Positions 37,614 to 50,880 of a stretch of DNA of 64,000 bases are shown here, in pieces. Source of the DNA: Vicugna vicugna (Eukaryota). Position numbers and translations under genes: made by a program. The stretch spans positions 4,284,508-4,348,507 of the forward strand of contig MU058584.1 of assembly GCA_013265495.1 (NCBI GenBank), read 5' to 3'. Position 1 is the stretch's first letter; the number at the start of each line of letters is the position of its first letter. The notes under the pieces were generated by a model. It was not told the origin of the DNA. It ran no database searches and was given only the letters and a program-made list of their open reading frames with translations.

Positions 37614-40090
37614 GCTGTGAAGCTTGTGTTTCCGCCGTCATAAAGGAAGGTGAAATGACTCGGTCCTGCGCCCCCAAGTGGTTGTCTACCTGATGTGTTT
37701 ATATTCTTAAGCTATTTTGCGTTCTAGTGTTTTCGATTTTCTTTCTTTTTTCTTTTGATTTTTGAAAATCAGTGACACAGAGAAAAACAATGATGTCACT
37801 ACCACTGTAATGTTTATAATTCTGTTTATATTCGTGGCTAATAAATTGCAGTTAGTGTGTAGCAATATCCCTGTGGCAGGCGGATTCTAGACTCTCTCCC
37901 TTAGTGAGTTCTGGACGTTGCGCTTCCCAGTAATAGTAAAATTGTCGGTTTCATGCTTACACCTTTTAGCCTAGTGTTCGAAGCACCACCTTTCCAGCCT
38001 TTCGAATTCCCATCTCTGTGTTTCTACTCAAATTGTTTTATTCAGTTGGAAAATGTCTCTCGCATGCTCTCTTTTTGATAAATCCCAAACTCTAACTTCC
38101 TAGAAAAAGATCCTTTAACATATTAAAACCAATTATGTGTGGTATATAATTGGGTTGCAGTCCTGTCTTCTCTAATCATAATCTATTGGAAGACAGGACA
38201 CCAACACCAACACTAACACTGAATTCTACTCTATAATTGATAACCAGTTGTTATAATTGGTGCCCAATTGTCCCAGTATCTTTAAGGCATGGCTTCTTCA
38301 ATGTATTTTACATTGTTACATACTTAGCATTGAGGCTCATGCTAGCAAAGCTGGAACTCAATGAGTAATTGCTGAATGACCACAATTTGTTCCAAATCCC
38401 TTAAAAATTCCTATTTTGGTACTTGGACAATCAGTAATTTGAATTGTCACTCTAGCAAATAATTAACCAGACAGGAAACAAGTCAACAGGGTGACTATCC
38501 TAAATACACCTATTCATTCATTTTATTTTATACACCATTCATTCATCAGTTCATTCATTCATTTGCTTGCTCGTTCATTCAACAAACATTTAGAGGCATT
38601 ATTTGCCTGACTCTGAGTTGTTAACTTTCTTCTTATTGTTTGACACCAGTTACTTATAGTTCTGGAGCACTAAGGCTCACTCCCCACCCTTCTTTGTTTT
38701 ACTTGAAACTGTCCTAACTTGAGTCTTCAGTCCTTTTTAGCGTCCAAGGCAGAGAGGATAAGAATAGCCTTTAAAAGTGTTCGTTAGTTCTAGGTGCCAG
38801 CATAATTTATTCATCAGAACCTAATTGGAAAAAAATGTGCCCTGGACACTTAAGTTTCTATTTCTCCTGAGAATGACGAAACTACAAAATATAATTCATT
38901 AAGTAAAATAATGTTTCACCTGAGATTTCTGAAAACCTCCATTCTCTGCAGTTACTAAGAAATCTGCCTCTATGCTCACCTTTGCTACTTGAATTTACTA
39001 CAGTTATTATCCTTTTTGGGCTTAAAAAAATTTTTTTTTCTTACTCTTACTTCTCTAGTGATTGAGCTTGTCTTTACTCTGCAGGTGCCACTAGGGTTAC
39101 CTCATCTCCCCCCCTCCCCCCACAATGATACAGAAAGACTGACAGTAACAAAACTCAGGATCTCAATTGCCCAACACAATGGGAAATATCTCTTGCTCAG
39201 TAAGAGAAATATCTGTGACCCCTCTCCAGGGCACATCCTCCCCTTAAAGGTGAATTAGAAGTTGCAGAGCACTGGAAGATAGAAAACCTTGAGGAATATT
39301 TTATCCTGGCAGCAGTGAATAAAGAAGCCTGGTGATATATCCTTCTCCTATACAATGAATCCTAAAGACCCCATTACTCATATTCCCCCCAAATCAGTAC
39401 CTCTAAGCCCAGAGACACCAAAGACACTACAAATCTAATTTTCAGATTTTCAAAAATTCCCTTTCAAAAATGCAACCCTTTTCCCAGATTAAGACATTCT
39501 CTCTGTAGAAATGTTAGTGAAACTGATTTAGCTCCAGGTAAATCTTTCTCAGTGTGACCTGAAATTCATCTTTGACTCTTTATCTGATATTCATCAAATC
39601 TCAGTGTTCCTTGAATGGCTTGCTATCACCACCCTCAGATCACAGCATTCCCGTTTTCCTCTGGCCACAGATCTTAAGAGACAAAGAGGGAGAGAACGCC
39701 AGTTAGAGCACAGGAGGTGGAAGAGCATGCTTCCACAATCACAAAGATGTTTGAAATGCTGGTGCCGGCCACCCTTTGCCTACTTCTAGAAAATTCCAGC
39801 TCTAGAAAATTCTTCCTATATATATTTGCCAGTACTAGCTGCTCCTGGGTGGCCCCTCATCTGGTCTCCATTAAGAGACAATGTAAAGCCCTGAGATGTT
39901 CCAAAGGCAAACCCCTCCTTATCAGTGCCTTTATTGCGCGCTGCATGGAGCAGCACGTCTGTGAGATAACTAGCAGACAGGACTCTGCACATGATTTTCC
40001 TTATTACTAACTCTGTGGGGCAAATTCTCCCCAAGGAGCCCATTCCTTTCAGAAGCAACAGCCCATTAAAAAGGACAACCCTTTGGAGGA

Positions 40091-40183
40091 GGGGAGGGTA
40101 TATAGCTTATGCTTAGCATGCACCAGGTGCTGGGTTCAATCCCCAGTACCTCCACTAATGAAAATAATAATTAAATTTAAAAA
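40091..40183 (+). mobile_element. Vic-1-like SINE, internally deleted (A-box region lost)
   Basis: GGGGAGGGTATATAGCTT joined directly to ATGCTTAGCATGCACC...GGGTTCAATCCCCAGTACCTCCA. Confidence 0.8.
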
Positions 40184-40997
40184 GACCTTCCTCACCTGAT
40201 TCTGATAGTGTTGTCTGAGCTGGAAAGAGCAGATATCTGGAAGAGGAGGAGGCTTGTTGAGTGATACCTGCAGGCTCACGACAGTGATTGAAATCCAAAG
40301 GGTTTGTTGGTTTGCTTGTTTTCCATGTACTATCTCTACAGAAGGATCAGAAACTGCCATGCCAGGACTATAGCTAAAACACCATTGCAAGATTTTTTTT
40401 TTCTTTGTAATGTCTCTAAATTAATTGAATAAACATTCATTCATCTGTTCATTCAGCATCTACTATTGCTTATTGTGAAAACACTTTGCTTCCACAGCTG
40501 TCTCTGGTTCCACGTTGGCCCTTCGGTTGCTTTCCTGGGCTCTAGACCTCGATATCTAACTGCCTTCTGATTGACCGTCTGGGTATTCTCAGCACTGTAA
40601 GCTGTGTCCAAGGCCCAGCTCATCAGCTTTCCTCAAAGACCAGGTTCTCTTACTGGGTTTTTGGTCTTAGTTAACTGGTAACATTTTTCTCCACTCGCCA
40701 CTAGAAACTGGAAGTCACATCTGTCTTTGAGGATTCTTTTCTCTTAAATAGACTTCCCATCTAGGTTATAGGCAGTCCCGCCATTCTTTTCCTGAAATGC
40801 TTCTTCAATCCTTGCCTTCCTCACCATCATCACTGCCAATGCCTTCAGTCGTGCTGTCTTCACTTCTTGTCTGTTGCAGGGGACACCCTTTTAAAACACA
40901 GATCTGAACTTATCACTTCCCTTTCATCACCCCGCCCCCCACTGCCTACAGAATAAAGACAACCAAGGCGCTTCAAAGTATGACCACAGTGTCAGCT

Positions 40998-41030
40998 GGC
41001 CGGTTAGCTCAGCTGGTTAGAGCATGGTGC
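40998..41030 (+). pseudogene. Tailless retrocopy of the 5' half of tRNA-Ile(AAT)
   Basis: GGCCGGTTAGCTCAGCTGGTTAGAGCATGGTGC differs at 2 of 33 nt from recalled tRNA-Ile(AAT); flanked by direct repeat TATGACCACAG (40979-89 and 41036-46); no 3' half. Confidence 0.8.
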
Positions 41031-42399
41031 GAGAATATGACCACAGCCTCCTTTTCTAGCATTCTCTTTCCCCTCTTTCCCTCACTCCCCTGAAGTTCCA
41101 AACCACACAGGATAAACCCACTATTCTTTGCACCTGGTATTGCTTTCCTGTTTTTGAGTTTGTTTTCCTGTTTCTCTGTGGTGAGCCTTTACTCATCCTT
41201 TAAAATCCACCTCAAACACTACATCCTTTGTACATCTTTTCCAGACACCTTTTTGGCCAGTGGTTCTCAGAAGAGGGAGGTATGTGCATTGGGGTATATC
41301 ACAGTCAGAGGAGAAGCTTTTAACCTTACATGTGTCTTTGGGAATCACTGTGCCTGTTGGCTTTAAGTTTCTTCTTTACTCAACCTTCTCTTCCAGCACT
41401 GAAAAAATTTTTGTTTGGTACTGGCTTGCTACACTGGTGGACTCTGTGCTTCTTGAGCATAAAGTCTAAGTATTGTGTACCTACGGCACATAGTAGTTTC
41501 TCATTTAGTGCATTTGTATTCTTTTCAACCTATGACCGTCCAGAAACACTTCATAAGGATCTTACTGAGAGAGAAATAGGGCAAAATGGTTCTGTTTTTG
41601 TTTGTTTGTTTTTAGTCTTCTCTCACTAGTGCTAATTATAAGTTTGCTGTACTGCAAGGCAAGCAGGCTAAAACAGCAGAAATATCAGGAAGCGCGTTGA
41701 TGAGACTGACTTTAGACAAAACCCTGAAATGAGGGGCTGCATTTGGGCTCTCTCACCAAGCTCTTCCCCCCACTCTCCTGTCTAATACTTGTTTCCTTCT
41801 CTCACACTATTGATTGGACTCCCACCTAAATTTTTCCTTTTCACTTTTTTTTTTTTTTTTTTTTTTTTGTGGGCCATTCTCATCAGGACCCTTCCAAACA
41901 CTTTCCAGTATTTACTGGGCAACCAGTAAGTGGCAGACACTGTTCTGGGCCAAGGAAACCAGGTTGAGTGGGCTCAGCCACGGCACTTGAGAGTCAGCGT
42001 GGGGAACTTGCCCTAGCCCAATTTTTATTGATAAACGGAGGGACAGTTTGTTTACATGAGCAAAACAAACAAAACCACATTCATTTGTGCTCCAGGTAGG
42101 AGGAAAGAGTTCCCAGTTCCCAACCATTCTTAAACCAAAAGAAGGGGCTCCTAGGAGAGTCAGACAAGATGGAGACTTCTTTCTAAGCTAGTAGATGTCT
42201 CAAATTGCAACACGTAAATTACCTGGTCCAGTCAAAGGACAGGCCTTGAAGACAGGGCAAGGGGGGTGATGTGTTCTATCCGGACGACTGAATCCGAAGT
42301 CTCTCCTCGTCCTACCCATCTCTTAATATTACTATTCTTTAAAATTTCGTAAATGACCTGCTTTTTCTTTAGGTGAGGCTCAGAGAAGCCGAGAAGAGC

Positions 42400-43420
42400 G
42401 GAAACAGAAGCGAGGACAGACCAGGCAAAGCCCCGCGGCTAGGAGAGAAAATGAAGAGATCTGGGGAATTGGGCCCTTAGAGATGCAGAGGAGACACTGG
42501 CAGGCAGTCAGGCGGGCCGGGACAGACAGGCGGACGGCCACGCAGGCAGGCTGAGGGCTTGGCAGCAGTAGACTCGACCTCCCGGGACCCGGGCCTCCAG
42601 CGCCAGGATAAGGAGCCTGGGTGGGACCGAGAAGGCGGGGCCTTGCTTGGAGAAAGGGAATGATGGACTGTCGGTGCCTTCCAATCGCGTCCCTTAAAGG
42701 GTGCGGGGCAGGCCAATGAGCGGACAGCAGAGGCCGGCGCGGGGCCCAGGCCAGGGCGGAGGGCGGGCGGGCAGCGGCTGGGGCCGGCAGCGGGGAGCGC
42801 GGCGTGGAGGTGCCAGCGGACGCGGTCGGCGGCGAGTCCGGAGCCCCCAGCTCCGAGGCGAGCTAACCGCAGTGGGGACCGGGGCCCAGGGGCGCGGCGG
42901 CTGCGGCTGCAGCGGGAGGACGATGGCAGCGCCCACCGGGGCCGGAGCACTGATTGCAGCTCCAGACCGCAGGCGCTGGCAGTGGTCGGTGCTGGCGGCG
43001 GCGCTGGGGCTCTGTGAGTGATGCCGGGCCGGGGCGGGGGCGGGGGCGGCGGGGGCTCTGGGGCCGCGTCGCGGGGCCTGCGCGTGCGGGGCGCCGAGGT
43101 GGGGAGGGGGCGCGGCCTGCGCGCTCTGGGGCCGGGGGACCTGAGCCAGCGGGCGGGGAGCAGTGGCCCCCCGAAGGGCTGGGTAGACGCGGAGCCTCTT
43201 TCTTCTTCTTGGAAGCCTGCGTGTGGAGGAGACCGGGAGAGCGCCCTACCTTGCTCCTTCGTGGGGGTCTTCCTGGGGAGTGGGGCCAGCAGGCGGCTGC
43301 TTTGCACCCTCGCCGAGTGGCCTCCCTTCTCCGCATGGTGACTCTTGGCCGCCCAGGCCCGACTGGGATTCCGGTTCAGGAACCCAGGCTTCTGGCGTTT
43401 TCCACCTTTGGGAGGTGGCG
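42400..43420 (+). promoter_or_regulatory. MPZL1: MPZL1 CpG-island promoter
   Basis: CpG-dense; CCAAT boxes at 42681-85 and 42713-17; tandem GGGCGG boxes at about 42754-42770 upstream of ATG 42923; no clear TATA box. Confidence 0.85.
42923..43013 (+). CDS. MPZL1: MPZL1 (myelin protein zero-like 1 / PZR) first coding exon, signal peptide
   Basis: ATG in strong context (gacgATGG); encodes MAAPTGAGALIAAPDRRRWQWSVLAAALGL + 1 nt, then GTGAGT donor (phase 1); matches the recalled MPZL1 N-terminus and RCSD1-tRNA-MPZL1 synteny. Exon 2 not found in window. Confidence 0.93.
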
Positions 43421-44724
43421 GAAGGTTGCAGGTTTTTCATCTGTAGGGCCTTTGTTGTTTGTTTCCCTGTTTTAAGCGAATGTTTTCTTTTACCTTGTAA
43501 ATTAAATTTTACTGCTTTCCAACCCATTTTTTAAAGCGTCCGAAGTAGAAGCGTCCCTAGTCTCATTTGCCTCGTCCCTGTAGTCTGCACAGCACCAAGA
43601 AGAAATCTACATTACTTCTGCAGAGAGGGGGGAATTCCACTGAAATGACCTGGCTTAAAAGAGTTTGATCAAATCCCATGATAACTCCAGACATAGTCAC
43701 CATGGTTTGGCAAGACGTAGGCCATTATTTAACACGTTGCCTTTTAAAAGGCCCATTTTTCTTTTTTCCAAAAAAAAAAAAAGTTCACTTTTTTTGTTGT
43801 TGTTGCCAGATTACGTGAGTGAGATATAAGGTAAATCTGAGGCTGGATTGATTGACCTGGATGAGTCGTTTTAGGGCCATCTGCAGTAGTGTCTGCCACA
43901 GGACTTTTTTTGTATTGTTGTTCAGAGTACTTGTTGCTGCCTCAGAATGTGGTTAAGAAATGGTTATAAGGAGGGCCAACTCCTAAGGAACCACAGAGAC
44001 TTGCTCATCTCTTTTGTTTTGCAGAATGTCAGTTGCATCACAGTGTCTGAACATGAGTAAACTCAGTAATTTCTTCCATGGAAAAGTCCTTAGTGTAGTG
44101 TTTGGAACCAGGAAAAATATCATTTAATGAATGATTCCAGGAACTATAAAGTATACATGTAAAAGTTCCCCCCACCCTCTGGAGGTTGACAGTTAAAGAT
44201 ATATACTTTGTACATATAAGACACAATCTGTTCTGTATAAATCTCTTCTAAGGGGAAAAGAAAGATTGAAAGTGTGGAAGTTTTTTGTTGGTTATGGTGG
44301 TAATATTCATGTTTTAGGTGAACAAGGAGTAAATAGCTTAAAACTAAGGCTTGCCAGAAATCTGTTCAGACAGAATTATTATGCATGAGAGGCAGACATC
44401 GATTTTATTGAGGCAGAAGCAGTCAGAGTAATCTTAAACTCAGGGTATTAAAAAGTAGCAGAACTGAAAAACTAAGTATTAGTGGATAGTAATATAAAGA
44501 GATCAGCAGAATAACATCTATACCCACCATGGACACACCTAGCTCTTCATTAATGAAAGATGAACACTGATACGTGAAAAGTCAACAGCTGATGTTATTG
44601 GTTCATTTTGGAAGACTGGAATATTTCTTCTGGCCAAGTTACCTTTCCTTATCATGGATACTGTACATAGCAATTCATATTTTACAGAAAGCCTTCTTGA
44701 GTTTGATCCAGATACAGTTATTCA

Positions 44725-46890
44725 GCAAACATTTGTTAAGCATTTTTGAAGTATTAAACACCAGAAGTATTCTAGAAAGGACCTGGCCTCACATAATTTA
44801 CGGTTCAGTGGGAGAAACACAGTGTGGTAAGTAATGTAAGAAGTCTTTCATGAATGGTTTGCTGTCAGAGCATTAAGGAGAGTCATCTTTAGACAGAAGG
44901 TCAGGCTCCTGGAGAAAGAGATGCTTAAGCTGAGTAGGCACTGGGGGAGGAAACAGTATATGCAGAGTCGTGAATGAACCTGTTGGTAGGTCGGTGTGGT
45001 AGGAGGTTGGAGTGTATAGGAGAGATTGTGGGAGTTGAGGCAGGAGAGCCAGCCAGAGATACTAACTCACAAAGGACCTTGTGTGCCATTCATAGGTCTG
45101 AATTTTATCCTAAGGGCTGTGGGGAGCCTGTGAAGGATTCCTCTGTCAATTGAGATGCGAAGGGTGGGTTAGAATGATGTGAGGCTGAAGAAAGCAGAGG
45201 GCTGTTGTAATAAACCAGAGAAAGATGATGAATATCTGAGTTAAAGGAGTGGGATGTGAAGAGATGACATAACCAGGAGCCGTTTAAAAAGTAAATTTGA
45301 TAGGGCTTGAAAATTAAAAAAAAAAATTTTGTAGGGGGGGAGGTAATTAGATTTGTTTGTTTGTTTTTTTGTTTTGTAATGGAGGTACTGGGGGTTGAAG
45401 CCAGGATCTCGTGCATGCTAAGCATGCATTCTCCCATTGATCTATACCCTCCCCCACCCCCGGGCTTGGAAATTGATTTGATATGGGCTTGAAAGAGCAA
45501 AGTGTAAGATGATTCTGAGGTTTTGGGCTTGGGAAGGGGGTTAATATTTTTGGTAAGTGGGGCTTTTCACAGATGAAGACTATCGGATGAGGGAATTGGA
45601 GTGTCAAAGGAAGGGGGTGATGAAGTTACTTCTGGAAATGTTGAGTTTAAGATGCTGCTGAGACATCTCAACAGAAATGGTCAGAAGACAGTGGGGTAGA
45701 TGGTTCTAGAGGTAAGGAGGAAGTTCTGGTTGGAAATATAGATTTGAGAGGCTTTATGTGGATAGTAGTTAAAGCTATGGATTACCTGGATGAAGTCACC
45801 AGGGAGAGTGTATTGGAGAAAATAGAAGAAAGCCAAGGACAGAGTCTCGGGGTTTACAAACCTGAGAAGAACCTGATGAGTGTGGTGTCTTGGAAACCAA
45901 AAGGAAATGAAGCTTTAAGGAAGAGGAAATGGTTAACAGTGTCAGATGAAGAAAGAGTGAATGCAGGAAGAATTACTGAATTTGGCAATTGGAACATCTG
46001 TGATAACACTTAGGTAGGAATGAACACAAGATACATGAAGAATAAATCCCAGTAATTTATATCACCCATTTCAGTGAATGGCCCCATCATCTGTCTCATG
46101 GCTCAACCCCAGACCTAAGATTTCCTCCCTATCCGTCCTCCACATCCAGTCAGTTCTCCCATCTTCAGCATACGACTGGAACGCACACTGTTTTTCTGTC
46201 AGTGGTCGCACCCTGCATTTTAGTCACACGTATCACTGTCTTTTCTTGCCTTATGTTACTGTGATACTGCCAGAGCCTCCCAGCTGGACTCCCCATTTTC
46301 TCCTCTTGCCTCTTTCTAATCCATTCTTCATGCAACAGCAAGAATGATTTTTATAAAAATGCAAATCAGATCATACCGCTTTCTTGTTCAGAATTCTTTC
46401 ATGGTTTCCCGTTGTGCTCTGAATGACGTCCCCACGGCCTGTAGTTCTCTGTGGGATGTAGCTTCTGCCTACCTCTCTGACTTCACTTTGTGCCACGCAC
46501 TCCCTTGCTCACCGCTTTCAAGCTACCCTGCCATCTTTCTGCTCTTTGACTCCCATTCCCACCCCAGGTCCTTTGCACTTGCTGTTCCTGCTGCCTGGTG
46601 TGCTCTTTCCCCAGAACTGGCCAGCGCTGTCTCCTTTTCATCTGTGAGGCCCTGGCATAAATGTCACTTCCTTAGAGAGACCTTCTCCAACCATTCTGTC
46701 CAGAGGAGTCCTCTGTTAGCATTTCTTGGCCCTTTGTTTATATCCTTATTGTGGTTTTTCACTATTTGGTTCTTTTTCTCTTTTTCCCTCTACTAGAATC
46801 CAGGACAGAGAAGTGTTTGTCTTGTTTATAGAGGTATCCCTTGTGCTTAGTGTTGTAGCTATAATAGATACCATTAAATGTGTATTAAAT
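44725..46890. mobile_element. L2 relics (minus-strand about 44725-45960; plus-strand about 46060-46890)
   Basis: Purine-rich antisense L2 text followed by pyrimidine-rich sense text (ctttgcacttgctgttcctgctgcctgg, aaatgtcacttccttagagagaccttc); boundaries approximate. Confidence 0.6.
45316..45461 (-). mobile_element. Vic-1-like SINE
   Basis: Reverse element; near-TSD GGGCTTG(A/G)AAATT at 45303-15 and 45462-74; inserted into an L2 relic. Confidence 0.85.
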
Positions 46891-49507
46891 GGCACTGAGG
46901 CGTAGGCATGTGTTGATGACCCTTTATTGGTAGTTTACAACATGTTGTTAGGATTTAGCCTGGCACATAGTACATATCAAATAAATGTTTGTAGAAACAA
47001 AGAATATTTTTTTCCAACTGTGATTTTTATGCCCTGTCTGATAATTTTCATGCTTTTAGTACCGTTTCATATTTCTTCAGAAATGTATGGAATGAGTTAA
47101 CACTTGTCAACCACTTTAAAGGCTATAGTTTTGGAATCACTATTTATATATTTAAATTATTTTATCATGTTTCTTGTAGCATCTAAGTGTTTTATCATTA
47201 AAGCTTTTCTATTTTTTGATTTTTGACCAAATTTAGACTTGAGACACTATTCCTGTAGTTGAAAGACCACAAATCCCATTATCAATTCCCTCACTTATAC
47301 GTATTTCCTAGTTGGGATAATAAAACAAAAACTTAGTCTTTTTTTTTTTTTTTAAATATTCTACCACTTGTTTTTTAGCCTTAACTCCAGGATATTCACT
47401 CGCCTCAAAAGCTGTCAAAAGAGAAATAAAGACAAAGATTAAGTGAAAGAGGGATATATGATGTCAAAAGTACACAAAATGTAAATTTGTGTTTTCACAA
47501 GTCTTATTATTCACTTATTCAACTAAATGAACACCTACTGGGTGCCAGGCACTATTTTAAGTACCGCGAATGCATCAGGGAGGCTAGAATCTCTCTAGTT
47601 TGAGGTGTCAGATCAGACAGGGCACACATACTCAAATAAATAATGAATACCAAAGGACAGATTAAATTCCTGACAGTCATCGCATGTAAGATAATATGGT
47701 TTGTCTTTTGTGAAAATTTGCAGTAAAAAAAAAAAATAGAGAATACTATTGGCATTACAAAATAGATGTTTTTAAAACTTACAAAGGATAAGTGGGATTT
47801 CGTTAATGGTTGCTCTCCTGTTGACTTTTTAAGATGTGATTTAATTGGGAAAAACTTGATATACACATTTTTTTTTGGAAATATGGCTGCCTCCCCTCCA
47901 TCTAGTAAATGCTGGTAAAACCTGGTAAGTATTTCTCGCATTCCTTTCTGTTGCCACTGAAGCTGATTTGGTGAAGCTACAATCACATTTCTCCTGAATG
48001 ATTAGAATCTATTGTGTTTTTATTGAAGTTGTGTCTTTTATCTGAGAATTTTAATTCTCTGTATAGGACATGCATCTTAAGTGTACCTAAACCTTAGAAA
48101 GACTTTAATCTTGCTTTCTAAGACCATTGCTGTCATTTTTAAAAAGAAAATAAATGATTGGCTTTGGCATGGAGTTCGCTATAGATTAGTTTGGTCTTTA
48201 CCCCCCATCAAAGGAAATTTAATTATTAGAAGAACTAGAAGCATTGACTGAGGTTTCAAGTATCACGTGGCTCTGGGTCTTGGTCCCTCAGGGTGGTGAG
48301 ACTTGAAGCCTTTCTGTATCTTGGGTGATGTTCCTTTCTTCCTTTTCCACTCTTCCTTTGCCAAGTACTTGACATTAGCAATGCCCTAGAGTCCAGACCT
48401 TGGAATTTTGGAAAAGTCCTTGAAATTTTGGCTGCTAAGAAGGCAAAGGTCAATTGGCTTTGTGACCATCTGTAGGGCCTAAATTGAGAAATTGTAATTG
48501 TCTCCTGGGACCTTTATATCTTTGCCCTTAAACCTCCTTATTTATTCATTATCTTTCTGAATGCATGTGGCCGCTGTAATTTTCTATTCACTTACGATTT
48601 TCCCTTGGTCCCATTAAGCCTTTATCCAAGAACAGAAGGATGATGCATTGATAGGTTCTCCTTCAGTAATTTTTTTTTTTTCTTCTGAACACTTGAGAAA
48701 TTAGGATCCTTTGTAATACCTCTGGTCGGCTGTCTGGGCCTGTAGATTTTCTAACAACTGTGATACGTTGTATGTACCCAGTACTTAGGTTTGCCTAATT
48801 GGGGTTGGGAATGCAGCATGCCTTTGCTGAGCCTGAGCAATATTTACTCTTGTAGATAAGATTGGCCCGTAGAGTGAAATCCATGACTTTGGCTTGTTAG
48901 TATTGTGCTGTAACCAACCGAACACATGTTGATGAATTTGCAGTGAACATTTTCTGTACTAGGACTCTGATGGTCTACTTTGGGGTCTGAATTTAAAACC
49001 ATTTCTGAAGTGCTTTTATCAAAATTAAGAAATTTTCTTCTCTCCAGAAATTAAAGAGCCCAGTGTAGAGTTATATAAATTTACCATAATCCTGTGCTTC
49101 TTCCAGATAACACTGGAAAAGATAAGGTGCTCTGTTCGAGACTAAGGTTCAATGAGAACTCATATGACCTTGTGCCAGGCAGTCTCTTCCTGTTACTCTC
49201 CAGTCACGTGCAGGTTGTAATTGCTATATGTCTTCCTCTGAAGGGTGTTGCTAGGAAACATAAGTAAAGGATTCAGGTTCCCAAGAGAAAAATGTGTTAA
49301 AATTCAAATATTTGAAATCTCCTAAATAGCTAAGAAGAGCAGAGAGAAAGTGAGTGAGTAGTTATGAGAAATTTTAAGTTAATTAACTCATATCTGTCTA
49401 TGTATAGATTTTATTTATATATAATATATATATCTTTCTCTCTTCTGCCAGGTATAACTTAGAAGGTTGGACATGAAACTAGGTTCATGTTATTTTTGTT
49501 CTGACCT

Positions 49508-49735
49508 CATTTATTGAGTGCTTACCATGTGCCAAGCCTTTGCTAAGCAATTTATATGCATTATCTCATCTGCTCCTTACAACTCTCTGTGATAATTATT
49601 ATTTATATTCGTTTGACAGATGAGGAACTAAGAATCAGACAGGTTGTTTCACTTGTGCAAGGTCACATAGCTAATATATGGTCGAGTTGGGACTCAAAAC
49701 TCCAAAGCATTTATTTCAACCACTCTGTATTATTA
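49508..49735 (-). mobile_element. MIR
   Basis: atttattgagtgcttaccatgtgcca...acagatgaggaactaag...caaggtcacatagcta. Confidence 0.75.
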
Positions 49736-50572
49736 TAGAATTTCTCCTTCAAAGTCTCTGACTTTGCAGGAGATGTTTGCAGGGAGTCCTTTAACTGTCC
49801 CAGGGCATCCACCGATGTCCTCCCCTCTGTGGTCGTGTTTGTGCCAAGAACCCCGATGCCTTGATGCTGCCCACTCCAGTGTAGAGGGACGAAGCTACCG
49901 TGCAGAAGCCATCATCGCCAACAGTGCAGAACCACGCTCTGACTGCTCCTCAGGGATTGTCAGTGGTGTGGTTCTTGTAGGTTCCCCGCACTCTGATTCT
50001 GCTCCCTCGGGCTAGGACCCAGCACGCATCCATTTAACACAGTGTCTGACACCACACAAGCGAAGCTCGGGAGGGTTCCTTGTCCCTCATCAAGAAGCAC
50101 TGCCCGAGCCACTGAGCCTTACCTCTTCCCTGGGGCTGAGTTCCTCCCTGGAGCTGTGCAGATCCCTCTGCAGTTAGATTCCTCGCAGGCTTGCCCTACG
50201 GGAGGCCCAAACAGGCTCAGGGTGTTGAAACCAGAGGCTGCTCACTGGCGCCTTCCCCTGGCCCCTCCACCCCCCTGGCAGCAGTTCTGTGGCCCTGCTG
50301 CCTCCATGAGCAGGAGTCCCAGCCCTTGTCTCATGACAAATGGGGACTTTTCAGTCTTGATCACTTTCAGCTGCTTGGAATTTCTTTTTCTTTCCCCCCA
50401 GTGACTGCAAGTGTAGAACCCCAGTAAAGCTTGCTGAACTTTATACACTAGAAAAATTAGAGGATGTTTTAATTAGAAGCAGAAGTGATGCAGATTTGCA
50501 ATCAGGCTCTAGTATATGGATTTCAGAACAGAAAATGCTGAGGGTTAATTTCTCATGCTCACTTCAAATTAA

Positions 50573-50880
50573 AGGTCCACAGTCTTTTATCAGCACTTCC
50601 CAGATCCCCAAAGCTCTGAAAACTGAAAATTTTCCTGAGTTCTATACAGACTTTTTTGGCTGCAAAATTTGACTTCAACTACAAATGCGAGACGATTTTC
50701 AGTCGTGATCCACTTGGTGAGACAAATCATATGTTTCAGCACAGAAATACTGATGTGTTTGATAATGAGATGGTGCCCTAGACCCAGCTGGGGTGGCTGA
50801 TGAAATACAGTGTGTACGTTGTATTGATTTTCTAAAATCTGAAAAATTCCACCTTCTAAAGTACATCTCATACCTAAAGC
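50573..50880. mobile_element. MER46C-like Tigger DNA transposon
   Basis: aaagctctgaaaactgaaa...cagaaatactgatgtgtttgat...ccctagacccagctggg...ttctaaaatctgaaaaattc resembles recalled MER46C. Confidence 0.65.

Noticed and set aside
42477..43475. Long overlapping Pro/Arg/Gly-rich ORFs (276, 173, 157 aa)
   Set aside because: Stop-codon scarcity in the MPZL1 CpG island; only 42923-43013 matches a known protein.
49770..50420. Possible additional old LTR fragments
   Set aside because: LTR-like in texture, but I could not define termini or family.
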